64,000 nt of DNA. It comes from an uncultured Methanoregulaceae archaeon. GTDB taxonomy: Archaea; Halobacteriota; Methanomicrobia; Methanomicrobiales; Methanospirillaceae. How positions within the stretch are numbered: position 1 is the stretch's first letter; every line of letters begins with the position of its first letter. Of the stretch, positions 19,365 to 30,389 are shown piece by piece. The translations under genes and the position numbers were made by a program. The stretch spans positions 1,696,001-1,760,000 of the forward strand of contig OY969564.1 of assembly GCA_963701095.1 (NCBI GenBank). Reading direction: 5' to 3'. The notes under the pieces were generated by a model. That model made no database searches, had not been told where the DNA came from, and was given only the letters and a program-made list of their open reading frames with translations.

Positions 19365-19547
19365 TTAGCAGCCTGATCCCAGATCTACCGTCATATCATT
19401 TGCGAGCCTGCTGTAACGCTTTGGGTTTGCATCAAACTGCTTCTTGCAGTAGTTACAACAGAAGTAATAATCAGCATCCCTGTAGGTGCTCTTATACTTG
19501 GCATCCTCTTCATCAACTATCATAAAACAGACCGGATCTGTGGCCAT
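19365..19547 (-). CDS. YHS/TRASH metal-binding domain protein
   Basis: DPVCFM.V ... YYFCCNYCKKQF..NP.RY. Confidence 0.85.
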   Translation of the reverse strand: MATDPVCFMIVDEEDAKYKSTYRDADYYFCCNYCKKQFDANPKRYSRLANDMTVDLGSGC

Positions 19548-19732
19548 AGACTTACCTCTTTTGGTATCACACAATCTTACTTATCTTTCAGATAAAGGTG
19601 TTGTATTTGAAAAGAAGACGTGGTAGGGGGTGTCTAAAATCGGATTTTTCGGGTGTAGAGACAGGAACATCTGTCTCCCAAATCCAAACCCTGCGAATAA
19701 GAGAAAAGATCAGGATAGATCTTTATTTTCTG

Positions 19733-20383
19733 TTAGAACCCTTTTCCGAGCCGTTTTCCCATATCAAAAGCCTTTTTGCATTCGTCCGGGAAGATTTTCT
19801 CGTGTCTTTGGGCTTTTACTACCGGATCAAACCCAGATGAGACATATTTTGCATAATCATCAAATTGCAAAGTGTCGGTTACCATAAACCACTCTGATGG
19901 GCCAAAAATCCGCTCAAGTATTGCCGCTGTAAGCCGGAACTGCGCTTCATATTCCATATCTTTTACACGGTTCTCATCGGCGCCCATGGTATAGATAAAC
20001 CCTGTCGCCATCTTTTTTGGGAAAAGTGAGGATCGTACCGGGTCATAGACAATATAGGGATAGAGTAATCGTTCCAAGAATGACCGCATCTCACCTGTTG
20101 CCGTACCTACGTAGATTGGCGAACCGAGGATAAGGGCATCAGCTGATAGGATCTTTTCAAGCACCGGTGTCAGATCATCTTTTAATGCACATTTACCGTA
20201 GCTTTTCCCACCCACGAGCTTGCAGGAAAAACAGCTGGTGCAGCCTTTGTAATCCAGGTCGTACAAGTGCACAAGTTCCGTTTCTGCTCCTGTTGATGCC
20301 GCGCCTTTGAGGGCATGTTCGAGTAGCTGTGCCGTATTCCACGTCTTGCGTGGACTTCCGTTGATTGCGATTACGTTTGTCAT
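19733..20383 (-). CDS. Iron-sulfur flavoprotein / flavodoxin-family (NADPH-dependent FMN reductase-like) protein
   Basis: INGSPRKTWNT, CTSCFSC...C and LGSPIY motifs. Confidence 0.88.
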   Translation of the reverse strand: MTNVIAINGSPRKTWNTAQLLEHALKGAASTGAETELVHLYDLDYKGCTSCFSCKLVGGKSYGKCALKDDLTPVLEKILSADALILGSPIYVGTATGEMRSFLERLLYPYIVYDPVRSSLFPKKMATGFIYTMGADENRVKDMEYEAQFRLTAAILERIFGPSEWFMVTDTLQFDDYAKYVSSGFDPVVKAQRHEKIFPDECKKAFDMGKRLGKGF

Positions 20384-20395
20384 GTGTCCACCTCA

Positions 20396-20979
20396 TTATG
20401 ATTTCCCTGCGGTCCCCATCATCTTAAGGAGCCATGCTATGTTCTTCCCTGCATCTCGGGCACGGCCGACACCTTCTTCGTCTTTGTGAACATCCCCGAT
20501 CTCTCTTCCGACGCCAAGAACCGGGAATGCCGGAACAACCATTCCGGTGGCAAGCAGGAAATGGAGCATGGTATCAAGGGTACAACTTCCCCGGAACGCC
20601 GCACTGCAGCAACGGCCATCCCCGCTTTGCGCTGGTAAAGGCCCCCGTTTGCCATGGACACGAACCCCGCCCGGTCGATCAACCCTTTCATCTCAGTGGT
20701 CACGTCCAAGAAATACACCGGTGAACCAAGGATAATCCCATCTGCTTCGACAATCCGGTCGATACAATGGTTGATGATGTCGTCATCGAAAACGCAATGG
20801 CCGTCCTTGTTCTCGAAACACTTCATGCAAGCTGTACATCCCCGTACCTTCTTTCCACCGACCTGTATGAGCTCGGTTTCGATTCCTTCGCCTTCCAGTA
20901 CCTCGAAGATGTAACCGATCAGAATGGAGGTATTCCCCTTTTTCCGGGGACTTCCATTGAATGCAATAACTTTTGTCAT
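20396..20979 (-). CDS. Iron-sulfur flavoprotein (Isf-like); 1-nt frameshift near 20580-20592
   Basis: NGSPRKKGNT, CTACMKC..C and LGSPVY motifs. The shifted frame continues TLDTMLHFLLATGMVVP...GKNIAWLLKMMGTAGKS* ending at 20396. Confidence 0.85.
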
Positions 20980-21049
20980 CGCAGGTCACCTTGTTACTTT
21001 CTTTCTATGCATAAGTACACGATATAATCGATATCCCTTGTAGGTTTCA

Positions 21050-21832
21050 TCATACATTCTCCTTTATCGCCGATGATTCCTCACGGGTGGCAAGAATTCC
21101 ATTCAGCGCCGCTGGGAACCCCGCGTACAGAGAAATAAGCAGCATGATTTCAACGATCTCAGGTTCTGAAAGACCGGCCCGGAGTCCACCACCAATATGG
21201 AACCGGAGCTGAGAAGGGGCTGTCCCTTTTGCAGCGAGAGCGGCAATCGTCGCCACCTGACGGTTGCGGATTGGAAGAATACCTCGTGCGTAGATGTCAC
21301 CATAGCCGAATTCAATCACGTACCTGGTAATATCCGGGTTGATAGGATCGAACGTTTCTTTGAGGAGTCGTTCCTGGTCGGGTGCGATCTGCGAGAGCAG
21401 TTTCTTTCCTCGTTCGTACCTATCCTTGGTACCAGCATGGACTGAAGCCTTAGAAAGAGTCTGGCCGGTTTCTTTTAAAACGTCCATGAGCGTGCCTATT
21501 GCGTTCAAAGTTGCCGGAAAACCGGCATACCCGCACATCTGTATGATGATCTCACGGATTTCTTCAGGGGAACAACCTACATGGAGCGCCGCGTGAATAT
21601 GAACCTTCAGCTGGGGTGCAGCCGTCCCCATGGCGGTCAGGGCGGCGACGACTGCCTGTTCTTTTGTCTTATTGTCGAGAATATCCCGGGTATAGATTTC
21701 CCCGAAGGAATATTCGATAAGATACCGGGCAAGGTCGGGACAAAAACCGTTTAATGTCTCCTCAACCCTGATACCCGCCTCACCGTCTATTTCAAGGAGT
21801 TTTTCCCTCCCTATTCTTGCATAATCAGCCAT
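21050..21832 (-). CDS. Carboxymuconolactone decarboxylase family protein (tandem CMD domains)
   Basis: Two repeats of FG.IY.R..L....AAL.A.G....QL..H....YAGFPA.LN. Confidence 0.88.
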   Translation of the reverse strand: MADYARIGREKLLEIDGEAGIRVEETLNGFCPDLARYLIEYSFGEIYTRDILDNKTKEQAVVAALTAMGTAAPQLKVHIHAALHVGCSPEEIREIIIQMCGYAGFPATLNAIGTLMDVLKETGQTLSKASVHAGTKDRYERGKKLLSQIAPDQERLLKETFDPINPDITRYVIEFGYGDIYARGILPIRNRQVATIAALAAKGTAPSQLRFHIGGGLRAGLSEPEIVEIMLLISLYAGFPAALNGILATREESSAIKENV

Positions 21833-21885
21833 ATCAGCACTTGACTACCAGGTGTATTAATCGTTCCTTTTGCGGATTATCAGCC

Positions 21886-22704
21886 TTAACGCCATGTCAA
21901 CTGTACAGGGTTTCGACGTGGGATACCGTAGATTTTATATTGGGGATAGCCAAACATGAGACTGTAGGCGTATTTACGCCCCGCAGGGAGAGCGAGAGCC
22001 TTCTGCAGGGGTTCGTATACCGCAGCTGCCATGGAAAGGAATCCTGCCCAACAGGTCCCGACTCCAAATGCGGGGGCAGTGATATCGAATGTAGTCAGTG
22101 CAATAAATGCATCGACTGATGCAACCGGGTTGCCCTCAGGGGTATGGGCTATGACGAGATGAGGTGCCCCACGACAGACCGGATCATTTCCGGACTCCCA
22201 CGCCGTTATCAGCGACGGGATATAACCACTCATCGGGTGGTTGCTGTTTTTTAATGTCCGCATCCAGTCAACAGTGAGGCCGGCAAGCCGGTGAACTTCG
22301 CCCGGATTGTGCACGATTAGCCATTGAACCGGCTGCCCGTTCCCGCCGGACGGGGCATATCGTACAATATCGAGGATACTATTGATCTGTTCTTTTGCTA
22401 CCGGTTCATTGGTGAAATGACGTACAGACCTGCGTTTCTTCAGGTAAACGCCGAGTTCTTCGGCAGAGAGACTTCCGGCATTGGCAGGTAAAGCGGACTT
22501 CTCGTCCGGGTGAAAGGCGAGCAGAATCGCCTGTGAAGGGCATGAAACTTCGCAGTGGCCGCACCGGATACAGAGGCCGGCTCGTGCCTCCTTTACATTT
22601 GGCAAAGTGTTCTCATCTGCCGGGTCGATGATCGACGTGGGGCAGATAACGGAGCAGATTCCGCACCGGGTGCAGAGATTCTGGTTGACGAATATTGTAG
22701 CCAT
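21886..22704 (-). CDS. Nitroreductase family protein with N-terminal 2x[4Fe-4S] ferredoxin domain
   Basis: CTRCGICSVICP, CIRCGHCEVSCP, RRSVRHF, APSGGNGQP and GVGTCWAG motifs. Confidence 0.92.
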   Translation of the reverse strand: MATIFVNQNLCTRCGICSVICPTSIIDPADENTLPNVKEARAGLCIRCGHCEVSCPSQAILLAFHPDEKSALPANAGSLSAEELGVYLKKRRSVRHFTNEPVAKEQINSILDIVRYAPSGGNGQPVQWLIVHNPGEVHRLAGLTVDWMRTLKNSNHPMSGYIPSLITAWESGNDPVCRGAPHLVIAHTPEGNPVASVDAFIALTTFDITAPAFGVGTCWAGFLSMAAAVYEPLQKALALPAGRKYAYSLMFGYPQYKIYGIPRRNPVQLTWR

Positions 22705-22898
22705 TTGGAAGAAATATATCTCAACGCCTTAAATAGAAATTGTTAATTATGAAACGGAGATTCATCCGAGAAACTATACTATTATCCTTCGTAGGCAGAA
22801 GAGATAAGCCTGAAGAACAGTAAAATATTTTTCAGAACAATTACCGGATTTTCTTATCACGTCATACGCCTTATCCCCCGGTTCGTTCTAACAGTTGT

Positions 22899-23624
22899 AT
22901 GGACACGGTTATCATTCATATCAGGCAGGAACTCGAGAGCCTGGCGGATACGCAGTTCCAGGAAACCTCCCGGCGTTTTTTTAAAGAGTCGATCGTTTGT
23001 TACGGGATTAAAACCCCAGTCGTTACGGCTCTTGCAAAAAAGTACTGGAAAGAGATCAAATCACGGGAGAAACAGGAAATATTCAGTCTCTGTGAAGAGT
23101 TATACCGATCCGGGCAACTCGAGGAGTCTTTCATTGTTTCAACCTGGACTTATCTCCTTTCCGGGAGGTATGAACGCAAAGATATCGATATTTTCCGACG
23201 TTGGATCGATACCTATATTACAAATTGGGCCTCATGCGACGGTTTCTGCAACCATGCGCTGGGTGATTTTATCGAAATCTTTCCGGAATGCATTGCAAAT
23301 CTTAAGCAATGGACTCGGTCGGGGAACCGGTGGATGCGACGGGCCGCCGCGGTTTCACTTATAATCCCTGCAAAACATGGAAAATTCCTTCATGAGGCAC
23401 TTGAAATTGCTGATCTTCTCCTTCTTGATAACGAAGATATGGTGCAGAAGGGGTACGGGTGGCTTCTCAAAGAGGCAAGCCGCCACCATCAGGCTGATGT
23501 GTTTGAATATGTTATACGCAACAGGCAGGTAATGCCCCGAACTGCGCTACGCTATGCCATCGAACTGATGCCCCCGGAATTAAAAAATGAGGCGATGAAA
23601 AAAGAGCTGCCTGGGGAAAAATAA
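22899..23624 (+). CDS. DNA alkylation repair protein (AlkD-like HEAT glycosylase)
   Basis: YGIKTP, NWASCD, WMRRAA, DMVQKGYGWLLKE and RTALRYAIE motifs. Confidence 0.88.
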   Translation: MDTVIIHIRQELESLADTQFQETSRRFFKESIVCYGIKTPVVTALAKKYWKEIKSREKQEIFSLCEELYRSGQLEESFIVSTWTYLLSGRYERKDIDIFRRWIDTYITNWASCDGFCNHALGDFIEIFPECIANLKQWTRSGNRWMRRAAAVSLIIPAKHGKFLHEALEIADLLLLDNEDMVQKGYGWLLKEASRHHQADVFEYVIRNRQVMPRTALRYAIELMPPELKNEAMKKELPGEK

Positions 23625-23703
23625 TCCTTTCAGACATCTTTTAACTTCCAAAAAAACCGCACTTAACGTCAGGTTTAACATAGCTGCCTTCCCACGCTGT
23701 GCC

Positions 23704-25023
23704 ATGATAATTCGCAGGTGGAATATTGTAACTATTGCACCAGTGCTTCTTTTTCTTTTAGTATTGCTAGCTGGCTGCACGCAAAGCCCGGCAATACAAC
23801 CTCCCCAGACACCAGCTGGGGGAAACTTGACACTCTACGAAGCACCGGCTACACCAGCCCTTAATTCAGGCTCCGGTATCGCTGATTCAAACAACCGGTT
23901 TTCCGCCTCACTGTATCGAACAATCACAAAGGAAAACGAAAACACGGGCAGTAATGTGTTCTTTTCGCCATTCTCAATCTCTTCTGCGCTCGCGCTTACC
24001 TATGAAGGGGCTCGCGGCACAACCGCCGACGAAATACGGTCAGTTTTCTTTTTCCCCGCAAATGAGTCCGTTCTCAGGCAGGGATTTAGCGCTATCAACG
24101 CGGCTATTAACCAGAGAAATGCAGGATATACCCTGAGTACTGCAAATGCTCTATGGGCTGAGAAGAAGTTTGCGTTCCTTCCTGATTACACAAGCATTGC
24201 CGAACAGTACTATGGTGCAAACACTACCGACCTCGATTTTATTGGACAACCCGACGCATCACGCCAGATTATCAACACATGGATAGCTGACAGGACCAAT
24301 AACAAAATCCAGAATCTGCTACCCCAAGGAAGTATCAGTCCCGCTACCAGGCTCGTGATAACCAACGCTGTCTATTTTAAAGGTACCTGGGAAAAACAGT
24401 TCGATCCAAACCAGACGACCGATGCACCTTTTACAAAGCCAGACGGCACAACAGTGACTGCTAGCATGATGCAACAAACTGATGAGGATGCCGCCTATCC
24501 CTACGCGGAAACGGAAGATCTCCAGATGCTCACCCTGCCCTATACAGCAACAAACGAAACGGGACTTTCTATGATAGTCCTTCTGCCTAAAGGAAATAAC
24601 CTTTCAGCTATTGAGCCGTATCTCGACCCGACGAATCTCTCCGCACTTGAACAGTCTGCATCCTCCCGAAGAGTGATGGTATACATCCCGAAATTCAAAA
24701 TTGAATCCCAGTATTCCCTTAAAGACACCCTTAGCACGATGGGAATGCCAACAGCTTTCTCGACTGCAGCAGATTTTTCCGGCATGGATGGAACACAGGA
24801 TCTATACATCAGTGATGTGATCCACAAGGCATACATTGAGGTAAACGAGGAGGGAACCGAAGCAGCAGCAGCTACGGGAGTGGTGATGAACGCTGCTGCT
24901 GCATATCCGGAAGTGCCTCCCACGGTCTTCCGGGCCGATCATCCGTTTGTCTTCTTTATAAAGGAAAACAACACCGGGACAATTCTATTTACAGGGCAAG
25001 TCACGGATCCCAGCAGTGACTGA
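23704..25023 (+). CDS. Serpin, predicted lipoprotein
   Basis: Lipobox LLAGC; NVFFSPFSI, NAVYFKGTW, hinge EEGTEAAAAT and FRADHPF motifs. Confidence 0.95.
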   Translation: MIIRRWNIVTIAPVLLFLLVLLAGCTQSPAIQPPQTPAGGNLTLYEAPATPALNSGSGIADSNNRFSASLYRTITKENENTGSNVFFSPFSISSALALTYEGARGTTADEIRSVFFFPANESVLRQGFSAINAAINQRNAGYTLSTANALWAEKKFAFLPDYTSIAEQYYGANTTDLDFIGQPDASRQIINTWIADRTNNKIQNLLPQGSISPATRLVITNAVYFKGTWEKQFDPNQTTDAPFTKPDGTTVTASMMQQTDEDAAYPYAETEDLQMLTLPYTATNETGLSMIVLLPKGNNLSAIEPYLDPTNLSALEQSASSRRVMVYIPKFKIESQYSLKDTLSTMGMPTAFSTAADFSGMDGTQDLYISDVIHKAYIEVNEEGTEAAAATGVVMNAAAAYPEVPPTVFRADHPFVFFIKENNTGTILFTGQVTDPSSD

Positions 25024-25371
25024 GATTTTCCATTATTTTTTCAGGGTATTAGTAAAATACCCGTAATTAAACGTCGTGATCCGTGCCCCTTCGTCTTCAT
25101 ATAATGATAACCGGCCTTTGAGATCGTTGAGCCTGCAAGGTGTAATCAGGATGCCGGTCATAACATGAATCACCGGTGCGGTTCCCAGTTCCGGTGGATC
25201 ACCTGGTCAAGGCTCCCATGTTAAGGACGAAATCTTCATGATTCTTTAACGATTGTAAGAGTATTGCCACGAGGTCTTCCTGAGTAAGGATAGGTATTTT
25301 TGCCCGTAGATGCTTCGTTCCCACCCATGTACGGACACACTGCATTCAAGATAATAAGAATAGTACCACAG

Positions 25372-26050
25372 TTAAAGCGGACATACCCGGATGCAAATAC
25401 CACACCGCAGGCCGCCGAGAGTTGAGAACATAAAGTCCCGGCAAAGCTGGCCGGAAAGTTCCATCAGAAGAAATTGCCCCTACCGGACAGGCCCTGATAC
25501 ATTTCTGGCAGCCGGTGCACTCAGGCCGGACAAATGCATTACGTGTCGGCTGATCCGCAACAAGCGGCGCATCGGTAAGAATCGCTGTCATACGAATCCT
25601 GGGGCCGGTTTCATGGGTTATTAAAAGCTGGTTAAGACCGAAGGACCCAAGACCGGCGAGCCAGGCTGCGTATTTGAGGGAAATGTCTGCCCGGAGGGTT
25701 TTCTGGTCGGCGTACCACATGCCGAACTCGCTTCCTTCGGTGGGGACAAGAGACGCTTCATATCCCTGTTTTTCCAGATCTCTTGCGAGACGGAATGCAA
25801 TTACCCGGAGCGTTGCCGTGCCTGCCATAAGGGTGTTTGTATATTCGGGCCTGCCTTTGGGGAGGGGTTGGACGCATCCCTTGGGGATCACAACACCAAT
25901 AACAATTACTGAGCGGATCCCGGGCATGAATTCCTGCGGTTTATTCCCGGTATACTCAGGTCTCTGGAATCCCTCAGCGTCGGCTATACCGACAAAATCT
26001 GCCCCCAGTTTTTGGGCCTGTTCTTTAAGTTTTGCAGCACTTACCATCAT
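25372..26050 (-). CDS. Epoxyqueuosine-reductase-like (QueG-like) 4Fe-4S protein; frameshift near 25445
   Basis: GADFVGIA, AGLGSFG..GPRIR..ILTD and CTGCQKCIRACP motifs. The shifted frame gives CRDFMF..CGICIRVCPL* ending at 25372. Confidence 0.8.
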
Positions 26051-26067
26051 ATTTTCGTGCAGTTCGC

Positions 26068-26658
26068 TTAGATTCCCAGATTTTGTAAAAATCTTTTGTG
26101 AAGCCGTAGATCCCCGCCAAGTTCGGGATGGAAAGCAAGGGCCATATACCTACCCTTCTCGGCCGCAACAATGCCCTCATCAAGTGCCGCAAGGACATTC
26201 ACGCCGGTCCCAACGGCGGTCACCACCGGTGCCCGGATAAAGATTGCATGAAAGCTGCCTCCCTCAAGACCTTTAACTGGAATTTCTGCTTCAAATGACT
26301 CTCTCTGGCGGCCAAACGCGTTACGATCCACAGTCATATCCATGAGCCCCAGTGTGTGAACCCGGGGATCGGACACCTGGTTTGCCATTAGTACCATCCC
26401 TGCGCAGGTTGCAAAGATTCCTCCCGGGAACGTGCAAATGGGGCCATAGAGGCAGTTTTTATCGATTAACCGGGATATTGTTGTTGATTCTCCACCGGGA
26501 ATTGCAAGAGCTGCACAACCGGCGAGATCTGCCGGATTCCGGATTTCGGTAACCGTGGATGCCTTCCCGCACCTCCGCAGACATAGTGCCTTTTCGAATG
26601 CGTCTATATGTTCGCTCACGTCGCCCTGTAACGCGAGCACGCCGATTTTAACGTCCAC
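26068..26658 (-). CDS. pdxT: Pyridoxal 5'-phosphate synthase glutaminase subunit
   Basis: [29 protein letters not shown] and FHPEL motifs; GTG start overlaps the end of pdxS. Confidence 0.95.
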   Translation of the reverse strand: MDVKIGVLALQGDVSEHIDAFEKALCLRRCGKASTVTEIRNPADLAGCAALAIPGGESTTISRLIDKNCLYGPICTFPGGIFATCAGMVLMANQVSDPRVHTLGLMDMTVDRNAFGRQRESFEAEIPVKGLEGGSFHAIFIRAPVVTAVGTGVNVLAALDEGIVAAEKGRYMALAFHPELGGDLRLHKRFLQNLGI

Positions 26659-27544
26659 GGGTCTGCAGCACCTCATCGGGCCTGAGGGTATGAACGTCAA
26701 GACCCGGCATTGCATCACCAAGTCTCCTGCTGACTTTTGCAATTATGGCGGCATCTTCGTAGTGGTTAACTGCTTCAACGATTGCTTTTGCCATTTTCTC
26801 CGGATCTGATGATTTAAAGATTCCGGAACCGACAAAGACCCCATCAGCCCCTAACTGCATCATAAGGGCAGCATCTGAGGGCGTCGCTATGCCGCCGGCC
26901 GAGAAATTCACGACGGGGAGACGGCCTCGCTGAGCACACTCTATAACCAGTTCAGCCGGTGACTCAATAGTCCGTGCATAGCTGATCCGTTCCTGATCGT
27001 CCATGCCCTGGATCTTCCGGATTTCGCCCGTTATCGCATGCATATGGCGGACTGCCTCGACAACGTTACCAGTCCCTGCTTCGCCTTTGGTCCGGATCAT
27101 CGCTGCACCTTCATTTACCCGGCGCAGCGCCTCGCCAAGGTTTCTTGCCCCGCAGACAAACGGGACCTTGAATCGTTTCTTATCGATGTGGTACTCTTCA
27201 TCAGCAGGAGTGAGAACTTCGCTCTCATCTATCATATCGACACCCAGTTCTTCAAGCACCTGCGCCTCGACGAAATGACCGATCCTGACCTTTCCCATGA
27301 CCGGAATTGAGACTGCATCGATGATCTCCAATACCTTTTCGGGATCAGCCATCCGGGCGACACCCCCCTGTTTTCGTATATCGGATGGTACCCGTTCAAG
27401 TGACATGACTGCGACTGCCCCGGCTGACTCGGCAATTTTTGCCTGCTCGGCATTGACGACATCCATGATCACGCCCCCCTTCTGCATGGATGCGAAGCCG
27501 CGCTTGAGAAGCTCAGTGCCAAATCTCAGTTCTTCGAGTTTCAT
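26648..27544 (-). CDS. pdxS: Pyridoxal 5'-phosphate synthase lyase subunit
   Basis: [25 protein letters not shown] and GGIATP motifs. Confidence 0.97.
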   Translation of the reverse strand: MKLEELRFGTELLKRGFASMQKGGVIMDVVNAEQAKIAESAGAVAVMSLERVPSDIRKQGGVARMADPEKVLEIIDAVSIPVMGKVRIGHFVEAQVLEELGVDMIDESEVLTPADEEYHIDKKRFKVPFVCGARNLGEALRRVNEGAAMIRTKGEAGTGNVVEAVRHMHAITGEIRKIQGMDDQERISYARTIESPAELVIECAQRGRLPVVNFSAGGIATPSDAALMMQLGADGVFVGSGIFKSSDPEKMAKAIVEAVNHYEDAAIIAKVSRRLGDAMPGLDVHTLRPDEVLQTRGR

Positions 27545-28498
27545 ATACCAGTACTATGGATCAACCATGCCAATAAAATAAGTGTTCCGGCAGCAGTTGC
27601 CGCAAATGCGAGGGTAACAGCCCGGACGGCACTAATGACGGCCCCTCCCCCTTTTTCAAGAGACTGATAACCATTACCTATTGTGTAAACGCCGGGCTTT
27701 TCAAAACGTATACCGCATCCCCCTGCCATTGCTGCCATGACTATCCCGCCGTTAAAGCCCGGACGTTTCTTTCCGTCACGACGCATTACTTCCCATGCAC
27801 GTCCACCTGTTCCTTTGGTAAGGAAATAGGCAATAAGAAAAAACACGGTTACCCGCGCCGGGATATAGTTAAGAATGTCATCCATCCGGGCAGACCACCA
27901 GCCAAGCCGGATCCGTTCATCCCGGTACCCGAGCATGGCATCCATTGTATTAGCTGCACGAAATATTGCTGCCCCGCAGAGCCCTGCGCCAAATGGTGAG
28001 AGTACTGCAAAATAGAAAAGAGGTGATACTATGCTATCGGTGAGATTTTCAGTCACGGATTCGTACGCAGCTGACCTGATATGTTCAGGATCGAGGAATG
28101 ATGTGTCCCGAGAAACCATCAGTTTCACCTGATCGCGACCTGCATCTACTCCACTTTTTAAAGCTGCCACAACTTCCAACGCATGCTCTTCGAGTGAGCG
28201 CCACGCAAAACAGCATTTGATGAGGAGGGGTGCACCTGCAAGATAGACCAGCCACGGAGCGTCAGCTGCCATACAGGAAAAAAGGCAGAGTGAAAAGGCT
28301 GACAGTTACGATCCAGAAGAGAATCCCTGCTATTCGCTGAAGGATGAGGGGATACAGGGCCGGTTTACCCCACCAGCCGATGAATCGGCCAAGAAGAGCG
28401 ACCGGGTGGTATGGCGAACGGGGGTCTCCAACCAGCCGGTCAACCCCCAGTGCAAGAAAGAGGACTACGCTTGCAAGTATCAGGTCTGTCGGTACCAT
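27541..28498 (-). CDS. cobD: Adenosylcobinamide-phosphate synthase CbiB/CobD; frameshift near 28265
   Basis: N-part [11 protein letters not shown] (ORF 28262-28498); C-part [28 protein letters not shown] (ORF 27541-28272). Confidence 0.88.
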
Positions 28499-29055
28499 AC
28501 GAAAAGTGCACCGACGATAAGTGCAATGAACGCGGCGAGATTTAAGAGGTCGATCCGGGTGTAATACCAGCTGCTGTACAAAATAAGACTAAGACCCATT
28601 GCGACCATCAGCAGGTGTGGTCGGCCGTGTGCTTCAGGCTGAACGGGGAGTTCTTTTTCCAGCTTTGCCTCTTTCCTCGACGGTTTTACTGCGACCTCTA
28701 CTCTCAGGGTTGCCTTCATTGCTCCATAACCGGCGATGATGTCAATATCGAAAAATCCCGGGGCGCATTCTTTCCGTAACGATATTCCAAGCATAACTTC
28801 GTCTATAACGTACATGTTTTCATGGAAAAAGTCGGTGAACATGCCGGCATTTGAAGTCGTAGCGGTGATATGGATGGGGGCTCCCCGGTTTTTGAACCTG
28901 ATCCTCAGAGTTCCTCCACAATCGACGTGTGCATTTTCGGGAGGGATGTCGATGGAGTTTATGCCAGACCGGTTGAGATGGATTTCGGTCATTGTCACTT
29001 CTGCCGTGGATGTTTCAGATACAGCCAGAAATCCAACAGGCAAAAGGGGATTCAT
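28480..29055 (-). CDS. Conserved hypothetical membrane protein (start may be 28992)
   Basis: Operonic between trm112 and cobD; two C-terminal TM segments. Confidence 0.7.
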   Translation of the reverse strand: MNPLLPVGFLAVSETSTAEVTMTEIHLNRSGINSIDIPPENAHVDCGGTLRIRFKNRGAPIHITATTSNAGMFTDFFHENMYVIDEVMLGISLRKECAPGFFDIDIIAGYGAMKATLRVEVAVKPSRKEAKLEKELPVQPEAHGRPHLLMVAMGLSLILYSSWYYTRIDLLNLAAFIALIVGALFVWYRQT

Positions 29056-29059
29056 TATG

Positions 29060-29245
29060 TCACCGGGTTTCTGCGGTGGTAGGAAGAAGGTTAGGAATAC
29101 CCTCGTTTATAGGATAATCTACGTTGCAGGTGGCACAATGAAGATAGCCCTCAAGGATCTCCTTTTCGTCTTCTGCGTCGATATGAAGCACAAGATCGCC
29201 TTTGCAGACAGGGCAGCAGAGGATATCCATGAGCGAACGTTTCAT
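29060..29245 (-). CDS. trm112: Methyltransferase activator Trm112
   Basis: LMDILCCPVCKGDL..C..C..YPI.EGIPNLLP. Confidence 0.92.
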   Translation of the reverse strand: MKRSLMDILCCPVCKGDLVLHIDAEDEKEILEGYLHCATCNVDYPINEGIPNLLPTTAETR

Positions 29246-30255
29246 GCGTATTCTTTCCTGATATCAATGATCTGGGTAAGCTCTGGGCCCGTCGAGATTA
29301 GGGTAACGGGACAGCCAATATCATCCTCGGCGCATTTTAAGAAATCCCTGGCCTTTTTGGATAGTCGGCTGTATTCAGTAATACCAAAACAATCTTTGTC
29401 AATCCGGTCTATGCCGGTGATTGCTGCCTGGGTGCAGCCGTTTATCATGGCCGAGTACCGGGCCATCTCCCCATCCCAGCCTCCAATACGCCGTTTCCGG
29501 TGGGTGACAGTGCCAAATTCCTTGATGCCCATAGCATCTGACTTCTCTGCCGTCATTTCGGTAGAGAACGGGCCTTCGCCTACTCGTGTCGGATACGCCT
29601 TAAAAACAACGATGACGTCATCTATTTTTGTGGGTCCGACACCGTTGTCCGCAGCAATTTGTGACGCGGATGTGTCTTTGCTCGTAACAAACGGGTATGT
29701 GCCGTAATAAAGCGAGATCCCAAACCCCTGGGTACCTTCCAAAAGAACCGTCCTGTTGTTTTTCAGGGCGTCATTGATGGCAAAGGGAACGTCCAGTAGG
29801 TACTCGGCAAGTTCTGGTATATCTTTCGCCTGTGGAGAGATCCTCATCACACGGTCAGCATTTGCCGGCCCGCACCCGGAACCGGTACTACCGATCTTCT
29901 TTGAGAGATGGGCGCTTCCTTTGTCCCGTGCGATGTGATCTTCTGTAATAATGCCACAGCGTTTATCAACAAAAACACGGCCTTTTACACCCAGTGTTTC
30001 AACCTCGTGTTTGAGGACTCTGGGATCAACCAGAACCCCGCTTCCGATGCAGAGTTTGGCCTTTTTATAGACAAAACCGGATGGTACCATCCGAACACTA
30101 TATTCATGATCCCCGACCTGTACCGTGTGTCCGGCATTTGGGCCGACGCCGCCGCGGGAGATGATAACAGGTTCATCCGCATGAGCGATGTGGGCTACAA
30201 TCTTGCCCTTCCCTTCATCCCCAAAAAAGCCACCTACGATAATTGAACAGCTCAT
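29242..30255 (-). CDS. purA: Adenylosuccinate synthetase (short archaeal type)
   Basis: GDEGKGK, GPNAGHT, EGTQG..YPFVTS and TRVGEGP motifs. Confidence 0.96.
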   Translation of the reverse strand: MSCSIIVGGFFGDEGKGKIVAHIAHADEPVIISRGGVGPNAGHTVQVGDHEYSVRMVPSGFVYKKAKLCIGSGVLVDPRVLKHEVETLGVKGRVFVDKRCGIITEDHIARDKGSAHLSKKIGSTGSGCGPANADRVMRISPQAKDIPELAEYLLDVPFAINDALKNNRTVLLEGTQGFGISLYYGTYPFVTSKDTSASQIAADNGVGPTKIDDVIVVFKAYPTRVGEGPFSTEMTAEKSDAMGIKEFGTVTHRKRRIGGWDGEMARYSAMINGCTQAAITGIDRIDKDCFGITEYSRLSKKARDFLKCAEDDIGCPVTLISTGPELTQIIDIRKEYA

Positions 30256-30389
30256 TGGAATATCATACAATGTAAGCCGGGTTTGGCAATAAAGTCTGCC
30301 CTGTAGAACACAATCGATGGATTAATTTCCTGTTTTTTTGTGCATGCCAGAAAGAACGGTGGGAATGATAAAAAAAGAGATGTTTTCCG

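Noticed and set aside
25024..25371. Possible small gene or remnant between the serpin and the QueG-like gene
   Set aside because: Only short frames without convincing starts or motifs.
28736..29707. 323-aa + strand ORF
   Set aside because: Antisense to purA, trm112 and the hypothetical gene; no recognisable motifs.
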